From Eledone cirrhosa (Eukaryota): DNA of 64,000 bases. Positions 44,957 to 58,188 of this stretch are shown in pieces. The stretch's first letter is position 1. Each line of letters starts with the position of its first letter. The position numbers and the translations under genes were made by a program. The stretch is taken from NCBI GenBank assembly GCA_964016885.1, contig OZ024743.1, positions 264,554,001 through 264,618,000 on the forward strand. Reading direction: 5' to 3'. The notes beneath the pieces are model-generated. The model had not been told where the DNA came from. It saw only the letters and a program-made list of their open reading frames with translations, and searched no databases.

Positions 44957-47900
44957 CACCATGACCGACCAGTCTGTCGGGCGTCCATTCAGTGGGGCTG
45001 GTCACAGCACGCCATCCATTCCTCTCTGGATCGTGCTTTCTTCATCCATGTATTCCCAATCGTATTCTTAAAATCGTAACTCCACCCTTGTGGAGGCCTT
45101 CCGAGTTGTCGTTTCCGCTGCCGCGGGTACCACTCGGCTACAGCGCGGGTCCACCAATTATCGGTGAACTGGGCGACGTGTCCAGCCCATCTGAACTTGC
45201 TGCGCATATATTCCGCGATGACGTCCCTCACGCCGGACTTCTGTCTGATGACTTCGCTCCTGATGTGCTCCCTCAACGAGATTCCTAGCATTGATCTCTC
45301 CATGACTCTTTGAGCCGTTACCAGCCTCTGCTCTAATCTCGTCGTTGTGCTATTGAAGAGGTTGGCGCGGGTGGTCTTGTCCAACCTCCCCTTGAGCACA
45401 TACATCCCTTATGCCGTTGAACGCCTTCCATCCGGCCCTTACTCTCCGCGAGATCTCCCTCTCAATGTCTCGGCGCATGTTCACTTCTTGTCCCAGGAAG
45501 ACGTATTCCTCAACCTCCTCTATTTCACCACCCCCAACCACTATTCGACCTGTTATTACGTTGTCGGACCGCATGAACTTCGTTTCCATGCGGTTCATCT
45601 TGAGGCCTACTGCAGAGCTTTTGATGTCGAGCTCGTTAGCATGGTCTGAAGCTGATCCCTGGTTTCAGCGATGAGTACGATGTCATCAGCGAAACGGAGG
45701 TGGTTAAATATCTCGCCGTTGATGTTGACACCGCCTTGCCAGTCAATGCCTCTGATGATCTACTCGAGACACGCGGTGAAAAGTTTTGGAGAGATCGTAT
45801 CTCCTTGCTTCACTCCCTTCTCGACCGGCACTCGTACGGGTGATGACAGCAGAGCTATGTCGGTGGTGCATCCGGAACTCGCCTCACTGAGCAGTTGAAC
45901 ATATTGCGCCTCGACTCCTTGCTTCTGCAGCGAGTTCAGCACTGTGTTGATTTCGACGCTGTCGAAGGCCTTCTTGTAGTTAACGAACGCGACGCAAAGA
46001 GGCATCTTGTACTCTTTTGCTCGGTCAAGCAGTTGTGTCAGAGTAAATATGTCATCCATGGTGCTGTACCTTTTCCGGAAGCCGGCTTGCTCTCTCGGTT
46101 GTTGTTCATCCAGATGACGTGATAACCTGTTCAGGATTATCTTCGTGAACAGCTTGTACGCGTGAGACAGCAGGCATATGGGTTGGTAGTTCTTCAGGCC
46201 TTCTCTATCGCCCTTCTTGTATAGCAGGATGGTATTCGATTTTTTCCACTGTGCGGGTATTCTTCCCTCGTCCAGATAGTGTGTGAATCGCTCGGCGAGG
46301 ATTTTCCAGAGCTGCTCCCCGCCTGACTTCAACACCTCTGATGTTGTGCCGTCTTTCCCTGGCGCCTTTCCGCTTTTCATCAAGCCGACGCCTCTTTCGA
46401 CCTCACCGACAAGGATGGGTTCCACATTTCACATTTTCTTCCTGTTGGAGTGACGGCAACGGCTGCACGTTCCCGGCAGACTTGAAGAGCTTGGTGTAGA
46501 AGTCTTTGCAAACCTTTTCCACCTCTCTCTTGTCGCTGACCGGTACTCCTGGGTCGTCACCTCCGATCTGTACATTGTCATGTCCCTCTCGCATTTCTTG
46601 AGGCTCTTCTTTTCCTTTGTGGCCCTCAGGAACTTCTCCATCCGGTATGCCTCGTAGTCTCTCTTCAGTTGTTGACGTATCACTCTGCTGAGAAGGGAAT
46701 ATTCGAGGTGATCTTCAGGTGTCCCCTTCATATTCTTCCTCTTCTTAAGCAACTTCATATTTTCCTCCAAGACTCTTCCCTTCCGCTCCCTCGGGCACAC
46801 ACCCTTAGCCTTCCTCATGCACTCCTTCAGTTTCACTCTCAGTGGGTTGTACTCAGCGTCTATGCCGTCTCCTTGACGCCACTTTTCCTGCATAATGGCT
46901 TCCTGCAGCTGCGCCTAGTTGAAGACCCGGACGCGTTCTCCCTTCGACGCAAAATGCAGCGCCTTCTTCTCCTTCGTCCGGTCGATGAGGACCCTCGCCC
47001 TCACCAGACGATGATTACTTCCAGTGTTGAATGGCGTTATGACGGATATGTCCTGTAGTATGCGTCACTTGTCGACCAAGATGTAGTCAATCTTGTTTCG
47101 GTGCTCAGAATTTGGCGATACCCAGGTCCATCTCTTCTCCTTCTTCTTTCTGAATAGGCTGTTTCCGATGTAGAGCCGTCTCGCCTCCGCCATGGTGACC
47201 AGATGCTCTGCAAAATCTACTTAGTGCCCCAAAAGTGGCGCAGGGGTGACCCTGGCTGTTTGAGAGCTATGGTAGCCGGAATAAAAATCCTGGCAGGTTT
47301 TACCATGCTACACAAGTATCAGACTATTGGTCCTAGATATGATTCATCATCTTCTAGAGTTCAAAAGCTAGCTAAACTGAAGAAGTACCGGCCTGTCCGC
47401 CCAGCCAGTGGGATGGCGTCATCTTATAGTTAAAATAGCACGAAGAAAAGGGCCTCGGTACCCTGCGGGTCAATCGGGCCACTCCACAACGGCGGAGTGC
47501 AACCCGACCGACGAGAGGCTGCTAAGAATGACAAGTTCCCGAAGGCCGCCAAGGAACAGGACTAACCTTGCCATATGCACCTACAACTGCAGGTCTTTGG
47601 CAGGGGGGGAAAGGACTGAACCACCTAATGGAGAAGAAGAAGAAGATCAGGTGCGACGTGTTAGGGCTGTGCGAGACCCGCCGGAAGAAGGAGGCGAGTT
47701 CGCGATGGCAAGATTGATGCGCCTTGAGACTCGGGAAAGCAGAGGGTTCCAGATCGGTCGGAGGTATAAGATTCATCGTAAGCAAGGAATGGGCTTCGAA
47801 GGTCGCTTCTTGTCAGTTCACATCGTCACGGATTGGTGTACTGAAAGTGAACCTCTCAGGGAAGGCCACTCGCAAGATCGCCCATACCTACGCTCCCACA

Positions 47901-48092
47901 AGTACCAGCGACGACGATGAGGTGGAAGAATTCTATCGTCAGCTAGACAAAGTGCTAGCTGTGAAGTCCACTTACACCGTCGCAATGTGAGATTTCAAAG
48001 CAAAGGTCGGACAGGGGCGGCAAGGGAAAGAGTATGTCGGAAGATTCGGCCGGCCTAGGAGAGCGAAATGAGAGAGGAGGGCGTTTTGTAAC
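44957..48092 (-). mobile_element. RTE-clade LINE with inverted 5' segment (47203-48092 on plus)
   Basis: Minus: RT QPREQAGFR, YKKAFDSVE, GVKQGDTISPKLF, FADD, RWAGHV and endonuclease C-terminus to 47202. Plus: 5' UTR and endonuclease N-terminus (CTYNCRSL, YAPTS, DFKAKVG, ERNERG). Confidence 0.93.
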
Positions 48093-48094
48093 CA

Positions 48095-48737
48095 TATATA
48101 TATATATATATATATATATGAATGTATATATAGTATAATTTGCAATACACTGTATGCTTAATAAAAAGCATTTTGAAGACCTTATTCTATTGTTTTAGAG
48201 TAGTGACAGACTCACTTACTTTAATTTCAGCAAACAGGGGGAGATAAGGCCGACAAGGCCTTGTTTCTGCATTTATTGATACTTATCAAAGTGAGTCTGT
48301 CACTACTCTAAAACAATAGCATAAGGTCTTCAAAATGCTTTTTATTAAGCATACAGTGTATTGCAAAATACACTATATATACATTCATATATATATAGCT
48401 ATTTCAGAGCAACAATTCTAATTTTTAATTTCTGCTTGACCGGCAACCGCTCTGTATAATCAGTTCCTGATTATTTACTAGAATTCTATAAGAACCAAAA
48501 CATCCAGGTTTTTCAGCAAACGGGAGGAGTAGTTGGCTTTGATAAGCATCAATAAATGCAGAAACAAGGCCTTGTCAGCCTTATCTCCCCCTGTTTGCTG
48601 AAATTAAAGTAAGTGAGTCTGTCACTACTCTAAAACAATAGCATAAGGTCTTCAAAATGCTTTTTATTAAGCATACAGTGTATTGCAAAATACACTATAT
48701 ATACATTCATATATATATAACTATTTCAGAGCAACAA

Positions 48738-48745
<8 letters not shown>
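48095..48745 (+). mobile_element. Retrozyme-like mini-element: inverted arm plus about 1.4 copies of a 322-nt monomer
   Basis: gtgagtctgtcac..gcaacaattctaat at 48291 and 48613; 48110-48291 is the reverse complement of 48537-48720; TA flanks. Confidence 0.85.
48535..48580 (+). ncRNA. Type I hammerhead with compensated U3-A8 core (mirror copy 48248-48291)
   Basis: ggct TTGATAA gcat caataa atgc a GAAA caaggccttg TC agcc; GUC site; 10-nt palindromic stem III. Confidence 0.85.
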
Positions 48746-48830
<85 letters not shown>

Positions 48831-51800
48831 ATGTATATGTGTATGCTTGTAATAATAATAATAATATTTTTGAAATTAACTGATGTTGTTCTACGCAACG
48901 GCAACATGATTCGAATTATATACGGTTAGATTCTTCCCACTCCTTGAAACAAGAAATTAATTTTTGTATCAGAGTTAACTACTTAGATTTAGTTGGGGAA
49001 CAACGAAACTTGAATATATCTAAAAGGATTTAGTAATCATTACCCGGACCAACGTTTATTGCAGTAGCCTTCACAACTGCTCATCAAACACTGATTAATT
49101 AAACACTCTCGGAGTGGCGCATCGACTTCAGCTGGAGTTTTCCATTAATCTCAGACCGAGGCACTCCCCTATAACATCGCTGGCGCACTTTAGAAGCCAT
49201 CCTGCGTGTGTTTTACATTTCCAGGTTTGAAATACGAGGTCACTTTGCAATTTCGATGTAAAAAGGCATCGTAGGGATAATTGAAATACATATTTATTCA
49301 TAACATCAAAGCCGTCTTACAACTAATTTAGAAAATAAACGCGTAAACTAGGAGTTAATCTAATAATAATATTACTTTCTAAATTAACTGATGTTGTTTT
49401 GCCAGGTGGTAACACAATTCGAATTAAATGCTGTTGCCCCCAGTTCAATCAAATCTACAAAAATATATTTTTGAATCACCTTGAACTCCATAGTTTTAGC
49501 GGGGGGGACATCAAATCATGTACAAATTCAAGGGGATGAAAGAAAATCTACCCTAACCAACGTTGTCTCTACTGTGCGACCTATGTATTGCACCAGCAGT
49601 GATTTCAAACAGTGATTTCCTAAGCTAAAATGTACAGATGCATCGTCTTCTGCAGGAATTTTTCTATTAATATCAGACTAAGTTAGTCATCTAAAATACA
49701 GCTCGAACACGGTAATCGTCATTCTGTGTGCATGCATCATCTCATGGCCTTAAAGAAAGACATATGTATTGGCGTGGTAAACATAAAAGGTATCTTTATA
49801 TAACAAGAAGAATCGAACAAAAAAATAATTCATTTAGTAACAAGTTCTTCGTGTATTATTTTTCAAAAAACATTAATATCGACATACACACATAGAAAAT
49901 AAACTGCTTTATACGTATAATATTTACTAAAAATAATCCTACATACTGGGAATGCATATATATATAATGCATACCTTTAGTAGAATAGGGGGAGAACGTA
50001 GCAATCACTAGCGCCTTTGATCTACATAAACTCTAATATAATGAAAACATTCGATACGTCTACTACAATAACAATTTCTGAAAATCACAATATTTCAAGT
50101 TTTGAAGTGAACATATAGACAATTGCATTGATAATGTACCGTATTGGTGCTCATAAAAGTAGAAGCCCAAGTCACCCTAGGTTTATGTCTCAATATTGCA
50201 GAGCATTTTGTATATGGCTGTACTGATTCAACCAGTCCACTGCCGAGTTGACAAAATTAATAATAACGTATACATTTCGTCAAATTAAAATATGTTCACA
50301 AAAATATGTCTCAGTTAGCTTTCGAAAGACGTAACTTAAGAACATTGTCATTGAAAAGACAAATCTAAAGGCAACTGTACAAGTAAATGACCTTGAATTG
50401 TGTTCAAAATATATTCTTAAGAATTCTCAGACGAATTGAATGCATGCAAAATAGTAAATTAAATAAATGATAAAATGAACAGTAATAAAAATAAAACACG
50501 AGACCATCCAGCCGCTAATGCATTGCATCATATGTGTACATAAGAAAAAGCGAAATGTATATTTATCGGTTTGACCTACCTTCTTAAATAACGTATTTCA
50601 CACGATGTTAGATATTTGTCAAATATTCCAGTTAAATCTTTATAATACGGCTGCACTGAGAAATATTTTAACGAACTATTTTCAAAAATAACAGTCAGTG
50701 TCTGATGTAGACTTGGGGAGTCCCTAAGCTATATAAAGCTTGAAACAACCATATTGAAAGGTTTATAAAATAAACTCAGGAAATTTTAAAACATATGTCT
50801 TCTAATTAATTTGATGCCTCTGTGAATTAGGAGGACTAAGCTGAAACTTCTTTAGCTTACGCTTAGTTCCAGCACTAATACCAGATGATACCAGCACTAA
50901 TAAAGATGATACAAAGCAAAGTATACGTAGAAATAGTAGCCAAATCACCATAAGATGCCCCCACCCCTCTATTTTAAAGAACCTCAGTCAGAATCAGTTA
51001 TACCGGTATGACAAGCCAGGACATTTCAATTACAGGTACAATTCCTACAAAGGGCTTCGACGTAGTTTCCATCACTCACAAGATTTTGGTCGACATGAAG
51101 CTGTTAAAAGGCACTGTTCCAAAATACATGGCAGTGTACTAGTTTGGTCTTTAAGATAGGTTTTTATTGACTTTAAAGTTTCGGACAATAAATGTGAACG
51201 ATTTTCAAGAATTGAATCCATAAATCCTGAATTTTATCGATATCAAATGAGTTCCAATATTCATGTTTTGTTTCATGCCGTGAATCTTTTCAACCGTTAG
51301 GAGATTTCTCCGTTCTTTTTTTCTTTTGTGTCCTATTATTTAGAATACATTGTCTGTTGTTTCATCACATTTTCTTTTTTCTTTCTCTATCTAGATATTT
51401 CCTTAACTTTTTATAGATTATCTTTTAATTCTAGATCGAAACCCTGTGATTTTTTTGATTGTTTTTATATTCCAAACATTTTGTATTGTTCACGTTATAC
51501 CATTTTTTTTTTCTCGCAGTGCTTTATTCTTCGAGTTTTTGCTTTCACATTTTGAACAACATTTTATATAATTTCCTGGTTTTCGTGTTCATATTTTATT
51601 TTATCTTGTTACAATAGCCTTGCTATTTCGTAACAAAAAGATTTATATATTTTTCAATTTCGATTCAACATTCAATAGCGTTCGCATATTTGTTATCAAA
51701 ATATATTCTTTTTGTTTGTTTGTTTTTTGTTTTTAGGTTGGATCCGTTCATTGTCGATTTTCTTCTTCTTTCATCCGTAGAGTTTCCAGCATCTTCTCAT

Positions 51801-51911
51801 ATAAAGCAAGCCTGCTGTAGAAATTCAAAGATTAATAACTAATGTATTCGCATCATTCATCTTGAACATGATCTGCTGTTTATGTTAATATTCTATTATT
51901 CTATTATTATT

Positions 51912-52248
51912 AATGTTGTTGTTCTTTGAGTCTCAGTCATTGATGTTATTTAACTGGAAAGTTTGTTGAAATGAATATCAATCCGCTACCTGCAGCCTCA
52001 GACATTCAGGACGTATCAGAGGGTTCTTGCTGTTCCCAGCAAGCATGCTTTTTAAAGTGTTCCAAAAAAAGGGTGATGGACTAATCTTCTTTAACCATCA
52101 TTGGAAATTCTTTGAGATAGTATCTAGTGTTCCTATGACAATTGGGACGACTATGATATCATGGCAGTTCCAAATCCTTTTTAACTCCCAATTTAAATCC
52201 TGGTATCAGTTAATTTTCACCCTCTGCTTTTCTTGCACTCTCGTGTTT
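51912..52248 (-). mobile_element. R4/Dong-like retrotransposon 3' fragment
   Basis: Homologous to 62094-62415; the minus strand reads ..IVVPIVIGTLDTISK..KKHACWEQ (decayed RLE C-terminus); tail runs into (TAA)n. Confidence 0.8.
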
Positions 52249-52289
52249 GGATTGGCAGTATCGGTGGAGGGTCGGACGCAATGCTTTGC

Positions 52290-55200
52290 AACATGTCCAC
52301 AATTCGATCTTTGCCTGATCATGTTGCGCGAACCCGAGCAGATGTGTGCGGCTTTTCAACAGCACTTTGCTCAATTGTTCGGGACCGGCGGCGGGCCAGA
52401 TCGGAGTATGGACTTCGATGCATACTTCGACGGACTGCCGCGGCTCTCGACGACCGCAGCGCAGTCCTGCGAAAAGCCGATAACAGCAGATGAAATACGG
52501 GAAGCGATGTCTGACTGCAAGAGGGGTAAATCGAAGGGTTTGGATGGCCTGCACTACGAGCTTCATGCGTATATGCCAGACTTGTTGGGCGACCTCTTGG
52601 CAAATGTCGACTGAAACAGGCAGCAGAACTGGAGCATTCCCAGTTTTGTGAGCCGAGGAGCGGTGGCGCTGCTGAGAAAATACCCGAACAAGGGGGACGT
52701 TATAGACATCTTCAGGCCCAATATTCTGCTAAACGCAGAGTTTAAGATTTTGACCAAGGTGTTAGCAAAGAGATTGGCGCTTGTCGTCGGTGATCTGGTC
52801 ATTCCTGACAGCTCCATCCACGACAACCTGCATCTCATGCGATACATCATAGAGAGGGTGGTTAAGGAACCTGGCACGCGTGGGGCCCTGATCAACTTGG
52901 ATCAATCTAAAGCATTTGATAGGGTCGAGCATCGGTACCTGGCTGCGGTCCTCGAGGGCGACCTGCTTCGGGCCCATTTTTAGGGCTCGATCGCTGCGAT
53001 GCACAGCTACATCTGCTCAATTGTGAGGAGGAATGGTCATCTGTCACAGCCGTTCAGCAACATGCGCTTGGTCCGCCAGGGTTGTTCCCTCTCGTTCCTT
53101 ATGTACGTATGCGCTTTCGAGCCGTTACTGCACAAATTGGAGACGAGGAGCGGGGTTCCCCGACAAACTGGGATGCGAGAGATCCGTGTCAGCTTACGCC
53201 GACGACGTCACTGTGGTGGTGTCGAGCACCAAACACGTTCAGATGCTCGGCACCGCTCTCAAGAAATAGGACGCGGATTAGCGTATTAGTTAAACGGGCG
53301 TTGACGGGAGCAGTCTCAACAACATGTGGTGGTTCGCTCTGAAAAGGGCAATTAAAGTAGAGTAGATTATGTTTAGCAAAGGCCTAGTGATAGAGGAAAA
53401 TATTATAGACGGAGAGCTAGTCAGAAAGCTAGAAGAGGCGTTTAGGGCAGGCATCGCAACCGACGTGCTTTCGACCAATTCTTCAACGCAAAACACAAAG
53501 GCTGCGTTGTCAGAGCTAGACACGAGGGGACAAAAGCCGTTCAATGGGCCCGTGGGGTGGAGGCGCGACGTGTCCACAATTCGGTCTTTGCCTGATGAAA
53601 ACGGGCGCATGTTGCTCGAACCCGAGCAGATGTGTGCGGCTTTTCACATGCACTTTGCCCATTTGTTCAGGAACGGCGGTGGACTTCGGTGCATACCTCA
53701 ACGGATTGGCGCGGCTCTCGACGACTGCAGCGCAGTGCTGCGAAAATCCGATAACAGCAGGTGAAATACTGGGTGCGATGTCTGACTGCACGAGGGGTAA
53801 ATCGCCAGGTTTGGATGGTCTGCCCTACGAGCTTTATGCTTATATGCCAGACTTGTTTGGCGACCTCTTGGCAGATGTCTACTGTAACTGGCAGCAGATC
53901 GGGAGCATTTACAGTTTTGTGAGCCGAACAAGGGGTATGTTATCGATAACTTCAGGCGCATAACTCTGCTAAACGCAGAGTTCAAGATTTTGGCCAATGG
54001 TTAGCAACGAGGTTGGCGCTTGTCGTCATGGGTCTTGTGGGAGAGGCGCAGACATGCGCCTTTCTGGACAGATCCATACACGACAACCCCCACTTCATGC
54101 GATACATCATAGAGAGGATGGTTAAGGAACCTGGCAAGGGTGGGGCCCTGATCAACTTGGATCAATCTAAAGCATTCGATAGGGTCGACCTTTGGTACCT
54201 GGCTGCGGTTGGATCGCTGCCATGTACAGCGACATCTGCTCGATTGTGACGGTGAACGGTCACCTGTCGCAGCCGTTCAGCATCATGCGCTCGTTCCGCC
54301 AGGGTTGTCCCCTCTCGTCCCTCTTGTACGTATTGGCTCTCGAGCTGTTACTGCACAAACTGGGGGCGATGAGGGGCGTCCCACGCGAACTAGGATTCGG
54401 GAAATCCGAGTCGGCTTACGCCGACGACTTCACCATGGTGGTGTCGAGCACCAGACACGTCCAGAAGCTCAGCACCGCTCTCAAGGAATACGAAGCGGTG
54501 ACAGGAGCAAAGTGAAACCAGGAAAAGTCGGTGGGCTTGCAGCTCGGCACCTGGAGAGGCAAGTCCATACCGTCCGACAGCGTGGTGGGGCGTTGGACGG
54601 ACGGACGGGTTAAATTTCTCGGGGTCTAGTTTGGACTGGACCTCCAGATGGAGAAACACTTGAGCGAGGTGACGAGCAAGGTGGCCTCACTCACCCAGAA
54701 ATGGGCCGAGAGGAAGCTGTCGCTGAAAGGAGGTGGCGAATGCATATATCGCATCCGTATCTGCTGCCGCCTCACCATCGTCCCTTTCCCCGGCCAACTC
54801 ACAAAATTATTGAGCGCCTCCTCTTCCGCTTTTTGTGGAAGGGACGTGCTCCCATGATCAGACGATCCAACTGCTGTCAACACCCGTTGCGTGGAGGACT
54901 GGGCATGCCATGGCTGATTATGCGCAAACATGCGCTGAGGCTGCGACATCTCTGGTGCTTCCTTGACGGTGAACAGGTGTGGTCGCCGTTCGCCAGGCAC
55001 CTTTTCCCACAGCTCGTCTCCTTGACGGAGCTGCAGTCCTGGGCCAGGAAAAGACCGAGTGTTAGCGCTTGGAAACTGGAATGTCTCCGGGCGCTCACTG
55101 CCCTCTGCCAGCTGGGCACCAGGATCGGTGGAACATCCACCTCGGCGTTCTATAGAGGAGTAGTGGAGGGGCAGAGCGACGACGTTCTCGGAGAGATACT

Positions 55201-55890
55201 GGGCGTTTGCTCTCTTCCGGAGAAGTTTCAGCACAGGGCCTATGGATAACTTCCAAAAATCCCTCCCGTGTAGGAATGATCCGGTTATCGACTGAGCCCA
55301 TCGTGCAGATGGTCTCGCCGTCTTCCTTCGTGGAGGAAGGGCAGGCGGTTTTCATCTGCCTGGTGGCCATGGCGAAAGAGATTGTGTGGTGGACAAGGTT
55401 GAAAGGGTTAAAGACAGACAATTTCCTCTTCGGCGAATCCCCTATTAACTTTTTCAAGTTTCACTTAAAGAGGAAAATCAGGGTGGAGAGGCAAGTGCTG
55501 CCTTCGAGCAAGTTTGTTGAAAAGTAGGTGCATGTAGCGACAATGGTCCGAGTGAACGGGAACGCTCTGAATATACGCCTGTAGTTTGAGAAATGGAAAC
55601 ATTGTGAGAGGGCGCTTGCTCTGGTGGTCAGGGTGGCCGTGGTCTTTTGTGTGGTTTTCGCCACGAGTAACCCTCGGAGGTTTCCCCCTGTTGGGGAATT
55701 TTTCATTGTTTCAATTTTCATTTTTATTGTTTACATATATATATATATGTTTCTATTTCCTTTTTTTCTTTTCTTATATAAATAATAAAAAAATATTTAC
55801 ACGCACAAAACACACATCGTACCGTCCTGTACCGTCCTGTGACGTCTGTAATGTTTTTCTTGATGTAAGCCCTTGTGGCCAATAAAGAAA

Positions 55891-55892
<2 letters not shown>
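52290..55892 (+). mobile_element. Two tandem decayed Tx1/L1-clade ORF2 fragments (52290-53270, 53270-55892) with 3' UTR
   Basis: GKSPGLDGLPYE, LDQSKAFDRV, RQGCPLS and AYADD; collinear with ORF 58596-61583; ends aataaagaaatc(att)n. Confidence 0.92.
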
Positions 55893-55949
<57 letters not shown>

Positions 55950-56157
55950 GGCGACCTACGTAGTAAATCGTATCATCGTGAGCTCCGCAAAGGTTTGTTA
56001 TTTCCGTTTGTTAAAAATTGTCATTTATGGAAAATGTTATTGTTAACTGTTTATAAGCGCACATACATTGTTTTCCGAAAAGGACACCCAAAAAGATTGG
56101 GGCCTTGTGCCCAAAATTTAAACTTTTATTATTATCAAAACATTTCTTTGAAAAAAA

Positions 56158-58154
56158 ATGGCTAATTCACCTCTGCATGAAGCAGCTGAAAGCCTTTCTC
56201 ACAAATTAACACCTCACACCGACACCACCATTGTAAATGTTACTACGTTTGCCAACACAAAAAAAAATATAAGCACTAGCAATATTTTAAATTTGTCTCA
56301 GACAGACATTCATTTCCTGCCATTACCAATGACTGCAGGTGTTAAAGCCTCCACCACCACCACCACCGCGACAACCACCACCCCCACCACCACCGCGACA
56401 ACAGAAACAAAAGAAGAAAAAAATAAATTAACTCGTGATATCGAAATGAAATCAAGCAAAATGGACTCTTCCCCACCAAAGACGACTGACGTCACCACCA
56501 CCACAACTGAAACTAAAATTAATATTAACACAAATAACGATAGCAACAACAACAACAATGACATTATAAAACCGAATCTCAGTTTCGCCAGAGTAGCAAA
56601 ACAATTCGAAGCATTTACGGTAACTCAGGAGGATTTAGAAAATGCCAAACAAATGGTAAAGAAAGATGGGTACAGGGTCAGCCTCACCCCCCTCTCACCT
56701 AATAAAATGGAGCATCGGCGCCTATGCACCGTGTCGTATAGAACAATAAATGTAAAATCGCGCCGAGTGGAACGTGCATCCGAGTCCCAAATCCAAAAAG
56801 GTTTGGGACATGTGTGGGCAAGATAAACCCACATCAGACGTGGGCAAAAGTATGGAACCGTGGACGTGTTCTTTGAAACACCAGAGGAGGCTAGAGAACA
56901 CTCCATGGCCCCATTAAAAAGTGACGACTTCACACTCGTCCCCAGCTATTGTGGCCAGAGACTCGTAAAGATCAGGGTGACCCACGTTCCACCGGCCATC
57001 GAAATTCCCTGGCTAATAGCGGCCGTCCTCGCCGGCATCGAAGCCAACACGAAAATAATAGCAATAGCAAAAGAAAAGCAGGAAAACTGGTCCGGATCTG
57101 GGATGGAGCTCCTGATCCAAGCGGACCAAAAAAGCATTGAGGAGATCCCAGAGGTAATAGACCTCACTGACGGCAGCCACCTCACGGTAATTGTCGAGAG
57201 CAGAAGACCTAGGTGTGTCGTTTGTGGTGAAGGAACCCACCTAAGGGCTTTCTGCCCTCAGGCTAAAAGGTTGAGGCCACCTCTCCTACCCACCCCAGTG
57301 ACACAACCATCAACACCACCAGTAGCAGAGATGGCAGCAACAACTGTAGCAGCAACAACAGAAGCAACTATAACAGCAACAACCCAAGCAACAGTAGCAA
57401 AACCAACACCACCACCACCACCAGCAAAACCAACACCACCACCACCCAACGCTTCAGAACTAGCACCAGCGCCTACACCATCCACCACGCCACAACCAAA
57501 ACTAACGGCTGTGGAGGATTTTCCACTCCACGGCCTATCACAACTGGAGACAGATTGTGATGACGAGGAGTGGGAAACGATATCCGGAAAAAAAAAAGAA
57601 ACCAAAAGAGAAAAAATTCTCTTCCTTCCCCCTCCAAAAACAAAATACAGAGGGAAACAAATAAATTAAGAAACAAAAAAGTTAGGACAGATATGCCACC
57701 ATCCACACCAGCATCACCAACCCCATCAACCCAAACACCAACACCATCACCATCATTAACCCCAACACCACCATCACCTACACCACAAAAGTCACCAAAA
57801 TGCGAAACAGAAACAAACCCACAACAAACGCAAACAAAACAAAACAACCAAAACGATACACACTACACAGCATTAAATTTGAACAACAAGCAATTATTAC
57901 ACTACATCCAACACAACACCAGCATCACAGAAAAAGACTACACAACAACCCCAAAATTCACACAACCTCCACACATACAAATCACTCGCATCACACAGAA
58001 AACGTACATGACACTAAAACAAAAATTCGCCAAAGACATCGGAGACTTCCGACAAGCACTCTCCAGGAGGATTTATAAGGACATCCTTCATGAGGAGGCC
58101 ACAAGCAGTGAAAAGGATGGAAAAACCGTCCTTCCACTACGAGAAGTAAGGTAA
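56158..58154 (+). pseudogene. Tx1 ORF1 (gag-like, zinc knuckle, Pro/Thr-rich), one stop and one frameshift
   Basis: Stop at 56824-56826; CVVCGEGTHLRAFC (CX2CX4HX4C); frame change at the A-run near 57590. Confidence 0.85.
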
Positions 58155-58188
58155 GTGGTCTTTCCCATCTTTTCCACTACTTTTCAAC

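Noticed and set aside
48191-48640. GTTTTAGAG-like repeats reminiscent of CRISPR
   Set aside because: Part of the inverted and tandem HHR element; no regular spacers or cas genes; eukaryotic context.
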